A stretch of DNA of 64,000 nucleotides from an uncultured Erysipelotrichaceae bacterium (GCA_902800905.1 CADCGC010000003.1:2283-66282); one strand, 5' to 3'; positions 19,197 through 29,225 are shown, counted from the first letter of the stretch. Numbers and translations are program-made. The notes: generated from the letters alone by a model not told the origin.

Positions 19197-20047
19197 TCAT
19201 TGTCGCCTTCTTTTTTGTCATATTCATCAAGGAATGAATGTTGAATTCCTTTGTCTTTATATCCAAGAATCATATCAAGAGTGACGTTCTCACTTGCTTT
19301 GAAGATATTGAATTCTACTTGAGGGATTTCTTTCTTTAATTCTTTGATCAATTCCTTGGTTCTCTTTCTCATGCTTCTATTTTCATCAATCGCTGCTTCT
19401 TCAGTGAATCGACAAGCGCACTGTAAGAAATGTAAATCATGATGTTTAGCCCAAAGTTTAATGTCATTTTCTCTAACGAAATACATTGGTCTAATTAGTT
19501 CCATTCCTTCAAAGTTTGTGCTATGAAGTTTTGGAAGCATGGTTTGGAAAGAACCACTATTGAGCATATTCATTAATGTGGTTTCTATGACATCGTCATA
19601 ATGGTGTCCTAAAGCAATTTTATTACAACCTAAATTTTTAGCGGCGTTATATAACGCTCCTCGTCTCATCTTAGCGCATAAGAAACAAGCGTTTTTTGGA
19701 TCTCTCGCATTAGCGATTTCAAAGATATCGGTTTTAATAAACGTCGCAGGAATATGGAGTTTCTTAATGTTTTCTTTAATGAGCTTTCTATTCTCACTAT
19801 TGTAGCCAGGATCCATCACTAGAAACTTTGCTTCAAAATCAAAATCACTATGTCTTTGAAGTAGCATAAATAGCTTTGCTAAGCACATTGAATCTTTTCC
19901 GCCAGAAATACAAACACAAACTTTGTCTCCTGGAGAAAGAAGTTTATATTCTTTAAGTCCTTTTACAAATCGTGACCAAATACCTCTACGATATGTAGTA
20001 GAGAGACTCTTTTCATATTCATCGATATGTCTATTTCCATCAGTCAT
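19193..20047 (-). CDS. ttcA: tRNA 2-thiocytidine(32) synthetase TtcA-like PP-loop ATPase
   Basis: PP-loop SGGKDS (VCVCISGGKDSMC). Fe-S-ligand Cys motifs (CFLCAKMRRG, FLQCACRF). The track's start at 20149 is a TTG; the first ATG at 20047 gives a 285-aa protein, typical TtcA length. Confidence 0.6.
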   Translation of the reverse strand: MTDGNRHIDEYEKSLSTTYRRGIWSRFVKGLKEYKLLSPGDKVCVCISGGKDSMCLAKLFMLLQRHSDFDFEAKFLVMDPGYNSENRKLIKENIKKLHIPATFIKTDIFEIANARDPKNACFLCAKMRRGALYNAAKNLGCNKIALGHHYDDVIETTLMNMLNSGSFQTMLPKLHSTNFEGMELIRPMYFVRENDIKLWAKHHDLHFLQCACRFTEEAAIDENRSMRKRTKELIKELKKEIPQVEFNIFKASENVTLDMILGYKDKGIQHSFLDEYDKKEGDND

Positions 20048-20148
20048 AACTTGTAGGTAACTCCATATTTTTAAAATTTCTTTGCTTATTATTTTTACAT
20101 TACAAGTAAAAAATATACAATAGAAAAGAAAAATAAGAGGTATTAACA

Positions 20149-21372
20149 ATGGAATTAGAAAGATTAAGAGAATACGCTGAACTATTAGCGAAAAAAGGTA
20201 TTAACGTTCTTCCTGGAGAAGAAGTTTGGATTAACTGCGGTTTAGACCAAGTCGAATTTGTCCGCTTAGTGGTCGAAGAATGCTATAAAGCTGGAGCGAA
20301 AAAAGTTAGGGTGGATTTTTCTGATAACAAAATCAGTAGGCTCCACTACGAACATATGTCTTTAAAAGAACTATGTAAAGTTCCTGAATACACGATTAGT
20401 GAATATAAATATATGGTTAAGCATCTTCCTAGCATTCTCCATATTGTTAGTGATGACCCAGATGCTTTTAAAGGAATCAAACAATCTATTCTTTCTAAAA
20501 GCAGTATGAAACTTAGAAAAAAGATTAAACCATATAGAGATTTAATTGACGGTAAATACAAATGGTGTATCGCTGCTGTTCCAAGCAAAGAATGGGCAAG
20601 AATCGTCTTTAAAGGCAAAGAAGATGATGAGGCTGTTGAATTATTATGGAACGCCATTTTATCAACCTCAAGAGTGGATGGTCACGCAGTTGAAAATTGG
20701 GAAAAACACAACAGAAACCTCCTCGATCACTGTAACAAGCTTAATTCTTTAGACCTCCAATATCTCGAATACAAAGCAAGTAATGGCACCAATTTCAAAG
20801 TCGAATTAATCAAAGGTGCTCGTTGGGGTGGAGGAGCGGAATATACAGATGATAAACGCATCTATAATCCAAATATCCCAAGCGAAGAAGTATTTACTTC
20901 CCCACTAGCAGGATCTTGTGAAGGAATCGTCTACGCCAGTAAACCACTATCATATAACGGACAATTAATTGAAGGATTCTCAGTTCGTTTTGAAAACGGA
21001 AGAGCGGTTGAAGTCAAAGCCAAAAAGAATCAAAAACTCTTAGAGCAAATGATTGCGATGGACGAAGGTGCTGCTCAACTTGGCGAAGTCGCTCTTGTTC
21101 CATATGATTCGCCAATCCAAAATAGCGGTATCCTTTTCTATGAAACACTGTTTGATGAAAATGCAGCATGTCACCTTGCTTTAGGACACGGATTTAAAGA
21201 ATTATTGCCTAATGGAGCAAGTTTAACTAATGAAGAAGCTAAAGAACTCGGCTTAAATGATTCAATGATCCATGTCGATTTCATGATTGGCACTAAAGAT
21301 TTAGAAATCATTGGCACATCTTTTGATGGCAAGAAAACCGCCATCTTCAAAGACGGAAACTGGGCAATTTGA
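20149..21372 (+). CDS. M29-family aminopeptidase (AmpS/PepS, thermophilic-metalloprotease family)
   Basis: N-terminal LAELLAKKGINVLPGEEVWINCGLDQVEFVRLVVEECYKAGAKKV is characteristic of peptidase M29. TAAGAGG RBS with 8-nt spacing. Confidence 0.65.
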   Translation: MELERLREYAELLAKKGINVLPGEEVWINCGLDQVEFVRLVVEECYKAGAKKVRVDFSDNKISRLHYEHMSLKELCKVPEYTISEYKYMVKHLPSILHIVSDDPDAFKGIKQSILSKSSMKLRKKIKPYRDLIDGKYKWCIAAVPSKEWARIVFKGKEDDEAVELLWNAILSTSRVDGHAVENWEKHNRNLLDHCNKLNSLDLQYLEYKASNGTNFKVELIKGARWGGGAEYTDDKRIYNPNIPSEEVFTSPLAGSCEGIVYASKPLSYNGQLIEGFSVRFENGRAVEVKAKKNQKLLEQMIAMDEGAAQLGEVALVPYDSPIQNSGILFYETLFDENAACHLALGHGFKELLPNGASLTNEEAKELGLNDSMIHVDFMIGTKDLEIIGTSFDGKKTAIFKDGNWAI

Positions 21373-21435
21373 TATAATCGATATCATTTATCATTAAAAC
21401 ATAAATCCCTTAATGGGGATTTTAAATTACTTACT

Positions 21436-21469
21436 AATCGTGCGATTGTTTTTTATTAATCGCACGATT
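21436..21469 (+). promoter_or_regulatory. Perfect 12-bp inverted repeat (aatcgtgcgatt-N10-aatcgcacgatt), ~50 bp upstream of the Phd-like gene
   Basis: Seen directly in the sequence. Could be the aminopeptidase terminator (the loop is T-rich) and/or an operator for the Phd/YefM-like DNA-binding domain encoded downstream. A TATAAT box follows at 21496-21501. Confidence 0.4.
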
Positions 21470-21519
21470 TATACTGTATGTTTTGTACGGTTAATTTATA
21501 ATGATTTTGAGGTGATTAT

Positions 21520-22041
21520 ATGCGTACTATTACAGCAACAGAATTAAAAGAAAATTTAGGTAAATATCTAAAGCTTGGCGAAAACGAAGTGATTAAAATC
21601 ACAAGAAGAGGCAAAGTTATTTTGTCAATCGTCCCAGAAAAAGAACGCTTAGAAGAAGAATTGATTTCTATCTTTGGATCAGTTCCAAGAGAAGCCATTA
21701 AAGCTATAGATGGCAAGATACAAGGATATATCTGTTCTAGCCAGTTAACAGACATTTACTATGTTTTAAGAAAATATGTTGATGAAGCAACGAAGCGCAA
21801 AATTATTAGAGCGGTGCTAAGCTCATTCACTGTTTTGCCTTTGTTACCAAGTTTTACATCTTATTGCGTTGATTCAGATATGGAAGATTACGAAGATGCA
21901 ATACTAGATGAAGTTGCAAAAGTTAATATGATTAATTATTTGGTTACAAATGATGAAAAAGATTTCCAAAAAGCTAAAAGCACAATCATTACACCAAAAA
22001 ATCTTGATCTCTTAATATCGGCTGCAGAAGGGACAAATTGA
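21520..22041 (+). CDS. Phd/YefM-type antitoxin domain fused to a C-terminal PIN-like (VapC-like) domain
   Basis: The N-terminal 50 aa (MRTITATELKENLGKYLKL…VIKITRRGKVILSIVPEKE) are a textbook Phd/YefM fold signature. The C-terminal part (…SYCVDSDMEDYEDAILDEVAKVNMINYLVTNDEKDFQKAK) has the PIN C-terminal acidic motifs and the xLVTNDxxDF ending. The PIN N-terminal catalytic Asp strand is not evident. GAGGTGA RBS. Confidence 0.5.
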   Translation: MRTITATELKENLGKYLKLGENEVIKITRRGKVILSIVPEKERLEEELISIFGSVPREAIKAIDGKIQGYICSSQLTDIYYVLRKYVDEATKRKIIRAVLSSFTVLPLLPSFTSYCVDSDMEDYEDAILDEVAKVNMINYLVTNDEKDFQKAKSTIITPKNLDLLISAAEGTN

Positions 22042-22155
22042 TAATAAGGATACTTTTTCGCAAAATCTATTGAAGTCTATTTCAATATTATGATATTGTA
22101 ATTCAGCAAACTTTCTTAGAACGACATTAAGGTTCTAGGCGGAAGGAGATTACAA

Positions 22156-22359
22156 ATGAAAAAAGACGTACATCCAAAATACTACAGATGTGTAGTTACA
22201 TGTGTCAGCTGTGGAGCAACATTCGAAACTGGTTCAACTGCTAAAGAAATCAAAGTCGATACATGCAGCAATTGTCATCCATTCTATACCGGCAAACAAA
22301 GATATGTTCAAGCCGATGGAAGAGTCGACAGATTCAACCGTAAATACGGACTTAAATAA
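22156..22359 (+). CDS. rpmE: 50S ribosomal protein L31 (Zn-ribbon type A)
   Basis: [10 protein letters not shown]…CxxC…[12 protein letters not shown], the canonical L31. GGAAGGAG RBS. Confidence 0.9.
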   Translation: MKKDVHPKYYRCVVTCVSCGATFETGSTAKEIKVDTCSNCHPFYTGKQRYVQADGRVDRFNRKYGLK

Positions 22360-22365
22360 GGAAAT

Positions 22366-22387
22366 AACCGGTTATACCGGTTTTTTT
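22366..22387 (+). terminator. Rho-independent terminator after rpmE, ending 9 nt before the metG ATG
   Basis: aaccggt-tat-accggtt hairpin followed by ttttttt. Confidence 0.65.
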
Positions 22388-22395
22388 GCAGTTTT

Positions 22396-23988
22396 ATGAA
22401 GAAAAGATTTTACATTACTACCCCGATTTATTACCCAAGCGCTAAGCTACATATTGGTCATGCTTACTGCACTACTTTGACCGATGTTTTCGCACGTTCA
22501 AAAAGAGAAAGAGGCTATGAATGTTTCTTCCTTACAGGCGCTGACGAACACGGTTTAAAAATTCAAAAGAACGCTGAAGCTGCAGGGGTTACTCCTCAAC
22601 AATTCGTCGATAATATCGTTGAAGGATTCTACAAACTTTGGGATTTATTAAAAATCACAAACGACGATTTTATTAGAACAACTCAAGATAGACACATCAA
22701 AGTTGTTCAAGAAGCATTTACTAAAATGTTAAATCAAGGTGATATCTATCTCGGAAAATATGAAGGATGGTATTGCCGTTACTGTGAAGCTTTCTGGACC
22801 GACACTCAAGTTGGTAAAGAACATATTTGCCCTGACTGTGGTAGAGAAGTTCAAAAAGCCGAAGAAGAAGCCTATTTCTTTAAAACCAGTAAATATGTTG
22901 ATTCTTTACTTAAATTCTATGATGAGAATCCAAAATTCTTGGTTCCTGAAAGTAGAAAGAACGAGATGATCAACACCTTCATTAAACCAGGATTAGAAGA
23001 CTTATGTGTTTCAAGAACTTCATTCTCTTGGGGAATTCCTGTTAGAGAAAATCCAAAACACGTTGTCTATGTTTGGCTTGATGCCTTAACTAACTATATT
23101 TCCGCTTTAGGTTATGGAAGTGATAATCCAGAACTCTATAAGAAGTACTGGGAAGATGAAGATACTGAAATCATTCATATCTTAGGCGCTGATATTACTA
23201 GATTCCACGCTATCTATTGGCCAATGTTCCTTGAATCACTTGGAGTTAGAAAGCCTGATAGAGAATTCGTTCATGGCCTACTCATGATGAAAGATAGTAA
23301 GATGAGCAAATCTAAAGGCAATGTCGTTGACCCATACCCACTTGTGGAACGTTATGGAGTTGATGCAGTTAGATATTATCTAACTAGAGAAATTAGTTTT
23401 GGAAGCGATGGAAGTTTCTCTCCAGAACAATTCGTTGAAAGAATTAACGCTGATCTAGCCAATTCATATGGTAACTTACTTAATAGAACCATCGGAATGA
23501 TGACCAAATATTTTGGTGGAACAATTCCAGAATATAAAAGTCAAGTTACTGAATTTGATGGAAGCCTTGAAAGCGTTATTGCTACTACAATTAAGAGCTA
23601 TGAAAACGCAATGGATGATTTAAAAATCACCGATGCGATTGTCTATGTTAACGAACTCGTTAATAGAGCCAATAAATATATTGATGAAACTCAACCATGG
23701 GTTTTAGCAAAAGATCCTGCTAATACCGATAAACTTGCAAGTGTCATGAATCATCTTGCGTATGCAATCTTTGTGGCTAGTAGACTCTATCACCCAGTTC
23801 TTGTTACTGCTAGTGATAAAGCCTTTGATCAATTAGGTTTAGACAAAAAAGAAAGAGAATATGCGAATATCTCTAATAAAAATCTTCTTGATAATCATCA
23901 AGTCAACAAAGGTGAACCACTATTCCCAAGACTTGACGCAAATATCGAAGTCCCATTCATTAACGAACTAATGTCGGGAAACAAATAA
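22396..23988 (+). CDS. metG: Methionine--tRNA ligase (short form, no C-terminal tRNA-binding domain)
   Basis: HIGH motif (KLHIGHAY), KMSKS (KMSKSKGN), Zn-knuckle CPDCG. 530 aa. Confidence 0.9.
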   Translation: MKKRFYITTPIYYPSAKLHIGHAYCTTLTDVFARSKRERGYECFFLTGADEHGLKIQKNAEAAGVTPQQFVDNIVEGFYKLWDLLKITNDDFIRTTQDRHIKVVQEAFTKMLNQGDIYLGKYEGWYCRYCEAFWTDTQVGKEHICPDCGREVQKAEEEAYFFKTSKYVDSLLKFYDENPKFLVPESRKNEMINTFIKPGLEDLCVSRTSFSWGIPVRENPKHVVYVWLDALTNYISALGYGSDNPELYKKYWEDEDTEIIHILGADITRFHAIYWPMFLESLGVRKPDREFVHGLLMMKDSKMSKSKGNVVDPYPLVERYGVDAVRYYLTREISFGSDGSFSPEQFVERINADLANSYGNLLNRTIGMMTKYFGGTIPEYKSQVTEFDGSLESVIATTIKSYENAMDDLKITDAIVYVNELVNRANKYIDETQPWVLAKDPANTDKLASVMNHLAYAIFVASRLYHPVLVTASDKAFDQLGLDKKEREYANISNKNLLDNHQVNKGEPLFPRLDANIEVPFINELMSGNK

Positions 23989-23989
23989 G

Positions 23990-24580
23990 ATGAGAAGTTC
24001 ATTTGAAGACATCAACATGCTACTAAGTAGCAACGAAGAAGTTCTCTTTGAAGTCAAACCAAACAAGAAAAGATATATCTTGATTGGAAATATCTTTGGA
24101 AGCTTACTCGGTATCATATTTGGCGCGGTATTCTTCACAATCGGACTATTAATCCTCTTAGGAATTATTGTGAGCACTGATGAATCATCAATGTGGGTCG
24201 GTGGATTGGTGTTTCTAATCTTTGGAGCAATTCCAATGCTTAGCCCAATTATCAACTTCATTACTAAGTTCTTCGCATATAAGAATCTTATGTACGTTGT
24301 GACTAATGACAGACTAATCATTAGAAGCGGAGTTATCGGAGTTGATTACAAAGAAATGTCATTATACTCCATTACCTCAATGAATGTTAGAGTGGATTTC
24401 TTTGATAAGTTAGTGAATCCAAATACTGGAGTCATATACTTCGCAAGCGCATCAACACCAATGGTGATGAATCAAAACGGTAAGACAAACACTTCTTCAT
24501 TCAAATTTGAATACATCGAAAATCCTTACGATGTATATAAGAAGATTAAAGAAGCATTACCAGAGAATAATTCAAAATAG
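23990..24580 (+). CDS. Membrane protein with a bacterial PH (YdbS/YdbT-like, DUF304) domain
   Basis: Two TM helices flanked by PH-like segments (EEVLFEVKPNKK…; MYVVTNDRLIIRSGVIGVDYKEMSLYSI). Translationally coupled to metG (1-nt gap). Confidence 0.45.
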   Translation: MRSSFEDINMLLSSNEEVLFEVKPNKKRYILIGNIFGSLLGIIFGAVFFTIGLLILLGIIVSTDESSMWVGGLVFLIFGAIPMLSPIINFITKFFAYKNLMYVVTNDRLIIRSGVIGVDYKEMSLYSITSMNVRVDFFDKLVNPNTGVIYFASASTPMVMNQNGKTNTSSFKFEYIENPYDVYKKIKEALPENNSK

Positions 24581-24581
24581 G

Positions 24582-24610
24582 CAATTCCCTACACGAGAAT
24601 TGCTTTTTTT
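24582..24610 (+). terminator. Rho-independent terminator
   Basis: gcaattc-N9-gaattgc hairpin followed by ttttttt. Confidence 0.6.
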
Positions 24611-24629
24611 ATGTTATGATTGAATAGTT

Positions 24630-25202
24630 ATGAATGAGCAAATTATTAAAGACGCAAAAGAATATATTGAATCACTATTAGTAGATGAATCAACTGGTCA
24701 CGATGTTGACCATATTTATCGTGTCTATCGTACTTCTTTAGAAATCGCAAAAGACTATCCTAATAGCAATCTTTTCTATATCTCACTAGCGGCCCTTCTA
24801 CATGATGTCGATGACTCAAAAATCTTTAAGACCACAAATAATGAAAATGCTAGAAAGTTTTTAGCTAATAGAGTTAATAAAGAAGATGAAGAATCAATCA
24901 TCCAAATCATTAACGAAATATCATTTAGTAAAAACAAAGATAAAACGCCAACTTCCCTAGAAGCAATGATTGTACAAGATGCGGATAGATTAGACGCGAT
25001 TGGAGCGGTTGGAGTAGCGAGAGCCTTCGCCTATGGAGGAAATCAAAATAGGCCACTCTCAAAGTCGATTGAACATTTCCATGACAAGTTATTACTTATC
25101 AAAGATAAATTAAATACAGAAGCCGCTAAAAGGATTGGAGAAGAAAGACACCAATTCTTATTAGACTTCTTAGAAGAATATAAAAAAGAAACTCGCGATT
25201 AG
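24630..25202 (+). CDS. HD-domain phosphohydrolase
   Basis: H…HD…D metal-binding motifs (GHDVDHIYRV; LLHDVDD; QDADRLDA). 190 aa. Confidence 0.7.
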   Translation: MNEQIIKDAKEYIESLLVDESTGHDVDHIYRVYRTSLEIAKDYPNSNLFYISLAALLHDVDDSKIFKTTNNENARKFLANRVNKEDEESIIQIINEISFSKNKDKTPTSLEAMIVQDADRLDAIGAVGVARAFAYGGNQNRPLSKSIEHFHDKLLLIKDKLNTEAAKRIGEERHQFLLDFLEEYKKETRD

Positions 25203-26647
25203 GCGAGTTCTTCTTTTGTTTCAGTAGGTACTTCTCCCACTACTTCTTTTTCTTTTTGGAAATAAATCACAAAGATTGGGAAGAGGAAGACAAGCATTAA
25301 GTAATGAATAGTTTCAATGATTGAATATAGTAAGAAGCAAAGGACTCCTATTCCAACCGCAAAGACGAATTCAGGGGATTTCTTATAGCTTTTAATGACT
25401 ACATATCCTGAATATCCTAAGAAGACAAGATATCCTAAAAGTAATAAGATTCCTCCACTACCAATCATGTTAAGTAGAGATGAATGGGTTGGGAAGACAT
25501 GGTCATTATGAGTGACAATATTTAAAGGCATTAGTTGTAAGCAAATTGAGCCAAAACCTCTACCAATAAGCCACCAGCCATTTCTTAATAATTGCCAGCA
25601 GTTATCCCAAATGTAGGTTCTAGTAGTCATGGTCATTCCTTCACCAGTCACTGATTTGATTAGTTCATAGATTTTTCCTAAGACCTTTCCTTTAGTGAGA
25701 TAAGGAACTCCAACAACGACTAGAGCAATTAAAATAATTGAACCTGTAACAATTAAAGTAATCTTGTTTCTTTTTGGATGGTCTTTATATGTAACAATGA
25801 GTCGATATATAAAATATATAAAAGACACAAGAAGAGTGATAAGGATGCCGGTCTTGCAGTAACTGAAGACCATATTGATAAAGAAGAAGACCGCTAAAGG
25901 ATAGAGCCAAATTCTAGGCTTAATACTTTGGTTAATGAATGTGAAGATAATACCAATCATACACATCATTCCAAAAGCGTTCTTATGGAGAATGAATGAT
26001 TTAACCGCATACATGCCAGATAACTCATCCATCGTGATATCTTTATCAATTCTTAATAACCACTTAAACGTCATCAAATAGCAGTTATATTCAGTGATAT
26101 AGCTAAAGAGGAACATAACTCCAAGGAATATAAAGAATAAAAATCCTAAATATTCAATGAATTTAATTCCAGTAATTCTCTTTGAGAAGACAAAGAAAGC
26201 GATATAAATAAATGTTGCTGCTCCAGTTAATTCTGCAATAAAGATGAACTTGTGCATTGGAGAAACACTTAGTAAGACTGTTTCTTGAGTGCCAACAAGT
26301 TCAGGGAAGTCCGCGTTATATCTAATTGTCACTACTTCACTAGATGAAGCTGGTTGGGCTAAGATTGCAACAATATTAAGTAACGCTAAAGCAGCAAAAC
26401 TAATTGCGATATATGGATTGATTTTTTCTTTCCTAATATAGAGTTCTATATATAAATATGATCCAAATAGTCCAATCATTGCCACAAAGCAAATAATCGC
26501 AGCCCATAAAGGAAATGGAACATCATTTGGATTAGGATGTTGCATGAATTCTTGACCAAAATAAAGGAAGAACGCTAAAACCGCTAACCCTAATAATAAG
26601 AGCAAGTCACTTAATCTAAGTTCTAAGGATTTAATAAAGTTCTTCAT
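25199..26647 (-). CDS. Polytopic membrane protein, possibly O-antigen ligase/polymerase (Wzy/WaaL)-like
   Basis: 482 aa, at least 10 predicted TM helices. No soluble domain recognised. Family assignment is weak. Confidence 0.3.
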   Translation of the reverse strand: MKNFIKSLELRLSDLLLLLGLAVLAFFLYFGQEFMQHPNPNDVPFPLWAAIICFVAMIGLFGSYLYIELYIRKEKINPYIAISFAALALLNIVAILAQPASSSEVVTIRYNADFPELVGTQETVLLSVSPMHKFIFIAELTGAATFIYIAFFVFSKRITGIKFIEYLGFLFFIFLGVMFLFSYITEYNCYLMTFKWLLRIDKDITMDELSGMYAVKSFILHKNAFGMMCMIGIIFTFINQSIKPRIWLYPLAVFFFINMVFSYCKTGILITLLVSFIYFIYRLIVTYKDHPKRNKITLIVTGSIILIALVVVGVPYLTKGKVLGKIYELIKSVTGEGMTMTTRTYIWDNCWQLLRNGWWLIGRGFGSICLQLMPLNIVTHNDHVFPTHSSLLNMIGSGGILLLLGYLVFLGYSGYVVIKSYKKSPEFVFAVGIGVLCFLLYSIIETIHYLMLVFLFPIFVIYFQKEKEVVGEVPTETKEELA

Positions 26648-26648
26648 A

Positions 26649-27368
26649 CTACGCTAGTTTAATATCAATTTTATGGATGAATAATCTTTGAGCAACATCA
26701 TCTTGTTCTCTAGGAGCAACGATATGTAAAGAGTTGCTATTAATTGTGTATTCTAATTCTTGTGTTTCATCTTCGTCGGAAACAGAATGGGCTGCTAAAT
26801 CTTTACGGACATCATTGATTGACAAGTAGGTATTGCTATCAACACTATAATTTTCATGATATGTATCATATTTGACATACGCTTCAGCATAAACTTTGAT
26901 ATATTCGATTTCTTTTTTAAATGTCCAAGTCATGTCACATCCTTTTGGATTATTTGCATTAGCGTTACCTAACGCCATAGTTTTAACTTTTCTTTCTGTT
27001 CCAAGATTAAACGGAGTATTTAAACCTGCGAATCCCCCAGTAGCAGAAGTAAGTTGAACTTTGTCGCTAGTGAAAAAATATGCATTTAAACACTTTGTGA
27101 ATTTTGGGTGCTCACTATCAAAGTTGAACGGTAAATCTTTTTTATCATCAGGATCTTTCACTTTGTCTCCGCTATGAATATATGAAAAATCAATTGTGAA
27201 GTCATATGTTTTTGTCTCTGGGTCAACTGGATCTTCTGGATCGACTGGGTCTACTGGGTCATCTCCTGGATCAGCTGGTCCCAGATTACCACCACCATTA
27301 CCAATTGGAGTGCAACTACCTAAAAGTAGTCCAATACTTAATAGAGAGATAATCAATTTATAATTCAT
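26649..27368 (-). CDS. Lipoprotein with a (DPV/DPE) repeat linker and a C-terminal domain shared with the 45-50.7 kb secreted-protein family
   Basis: Lipobox LLLGSC. PGDDPVDPVDPEDPVDP repeat. C-terminal …HIVAPREQDDVAQRLFIHKIDIKLA resembles YVKVAPKANAEVHIDQVSIKYTC of the ORF at 50149..50748. Confidence 0.55.
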   Translation of the reverse strand: MNYKLIISLLSIGLLLGSCTPIGNGGGNLGPADPGDDPVDPVDPEDPVDPETKTYDFTIDFSYIHSGDKVKDPDDKKDLPFNFDSEHPKFTKCLNAYFFTSDKVQLTSATGGFAGLNTPFNLGTERKVKTMALGNANANNPKGCDMTWTFKKEIEYIKVYAEAYVKYDTYHENYSVDSNTYLSINDVRKDLAAHSVSDEDETQELEYTINSNSLHIVAPREQDDVAQRLFIHKIDIKLA

Positions 27369-27439
27369 TTTGATGTCCTCAATTATATGATTATATCATT
27401 TCTTCATAAGAATAGAAAAACCATTATATTTTTATTATA

Positions 27440-28783
27440 ATGGTGAAGATGAAAAACATAATTAAAGGTAAATGTGTTGATATATCTTCTGAAGGCAAAG
27501 GTGTCATTAAGACAGTGTACGGAGTCATTTTTGTTGACGCTTTACTCTTAGGAGAAGAAGCAGAGATTGAAGTAACATACGCCCGTAAAGGCGTTGCATA
27601 TGGAAAAATAGTGAGACTCATTACTAAATCTCCAGATAGAATTCAACCAAAATGTCCAGTGTCCACCTCTTGTGGAGGATGTACCTTTCAAAACGCTACA
27701 TATGAGTATGAATTAAGATATAAGAAACATAAGATTGAAGAAGACTTAAAACGTATTGGTCACCTAGAAAATATTGTTGTTAATGATGTTATTGGAATGG
27801 AAAATCCAGAACACTATCGTAACAAAATCCAAGTTCCTTTTGGAAAAGACCATAGACACGTTATCTATGGGTTCTATAAAGCTAACACTCATAAAATCAT
27901 TCCAATTAAAGAATGTAACATCGAAGATAAAAAGGCTGGACCAATCCTAAAAGAAATCGCCTTATTAATGGAGAAATATCATATTGATCCATATAACGAA
28001 GACTATAGAACTGGAATCATTAGACATGTCTTGATTAGAACAAGTATGTCCACTGATGAAGTTATGGTGGTCTTTGTGAGTAATGTTGATACCTTTCCAG
28101 GAAGAAACAATTTCATCAAAGAACTTGTAGGAAGTCGCCCGGAAATCTCCACGATTGTCTTTAATGTCAATAAAAGAGACACGAACGTCATTCTAGGAGA
28201 AAGTGAAAAAGTATTGTACGGAAAAGGCTATATTACTGATGAGATTTTAGGTCTTAAATTTAATATCTCCAGTAAAAGTTTCTTCCAAGTTAACCCTATC
28301 CAAGTTCAAAAGCTATATGGCAGGGCTATTGAACTTGCTAATCTCAGTAAAAACGACACAGTTCTTGATGCCTATGCAGGAGTGTGTACGATTGGTCTAC
28401 TTGTGGCCCCACACGTCAAACATGTTACCAGTGTTGAAGTCGTCAAAAGCGCAGTAATAAATGGAAAGAATAACGCTAAATTAAATAACATTACTAATAT
28501 CGATATTATCGAAGATGACTGCACACTTTATATAAATAAAAAACTTCCTAAGTTTGATGTGGTCATTATGGACCCACCAAGAAAAGGAAGCACACCTGAG
28601 TTTTTAGACGCTTTATTAAAAATTAAGCCAAGAACAATCGTCTATGTTTCTTGTGAACCTTCAACATTAGCAAGAGACTTGGAATATCTTAAAAACGATT
28701 ACAATATCACCACTATTCAACCAGTAGACATGTTCCCAAGAAGTTTTCATGTCGAGACAGTCGCTAGTTTGACACGCTTGTAA
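27440..28783 (+). CDS. rlmD: 23S rRNA (uracil-C5)-methyltransferase RlmD/RumA family
   Basis: N-terminal TRAM domain. [4Fe-4S] Cys cluster (CPVSTSCGGC). SAM-MTase motifs (VLDAYAGVCTIGL, DPPRKG). Confidence 0.75.
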   Translation: MVKMKNIIKGKCVDISSEGKGVIKTVYGVIFVDALLLGEEAEIEVTYARKGVAYGKIVRLITKSPDRIQPKCPVSTSCGGCTFQNATYEYELRYKKHKIEEDLKRIGHLENIVVNDVIGMENPEHYRNKIQVPFGKDHRHVIYGFYKANTHKIIPIKECNIEDKKAGPILKEIALLMEKYHIDPYNEDYRTGIIRHVLIRTSMSTDEVMVVFVSNVDTFPGRNNFIKELVGSRPEISTIVFNVNKRDTNVILGESEKVLYGKGYITDEILGLKFNISSKSFFQVNPIQVQKLYGRAIELANLSKNDTVLDAYAGVCTIGLLVAPHVKHVTSVEVVKSAVINGKNNAKLNNITNIDIIEDDCTLYINKKLPKFDVVIMDPPRKGSTPEFLDALLKIKPRTIVYVSCEPSTLARDLEYLKNDYNITTIQPVDMFPRSFHVETVASLTRL

Positions 28784-28812
28784 TAATTACATTATTTGTA
28801 TAATATGATTGT

Positions 28813-29130
28813 ATGGATTTTGGAAAAAGTTTCAAACACTATAGACAAAAAGCAGGATTAACACAGAAGGAAGCTGCTGACCTTATAGGCATTAAGGATT
28901 ATCAGTTAGGTAATTACGAAACAAATAGGAGCCAGCCTAGTTTGGAAATACTTGTGAAAATGAGCAAGGTTTATTTGGTTAGTGTTGATAAAATGCTTGG
29001 TAATAATCTTCTTCGAAACAAGATGGAAAAAGAGAACCCAGAATATAGTAAAGATTACGTTGACATTAATGAAATACTTAAGTCTCTTTCTGAATATGTA
29101 GAGCAAGTAAACAAGAAAAACAAACAGTAA
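28813..29130 (+). CDS. XRE-family helix-turn-helix transcriptional regulator
   Basis: HTH_3 signature LTQKEAADLIGIKDYQLGNYETNRSQPSLEILVKMSKVY. Confidence 0.7.
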   Translation: MDFGKSFKHYRQKAGLTQKEAADLIGIKDYQLGNYETNRSQPSLEILVKMSKVYLVSVDKMLGNNLLRNKMEKENPEYSKDYVDINEILKSLSEYVEQVNKKNKQ

Positions 29131-29192
29131 ATACATGTAAAAAATACAAGAAACATAAAAAATACTGATTTTTATTGAAATGTCGCACTTTC

Positions 29193-29225
29193 CATGCGAT
29201 TATTTTTTATGAAAAGAAGCATTAT
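29193..29225 (+). terminator. Terminator after the XRE gene
   Basis: gtcgcac-tttcca-tgcgat hairpin followed by tattttttat. Confidence 0.5.
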
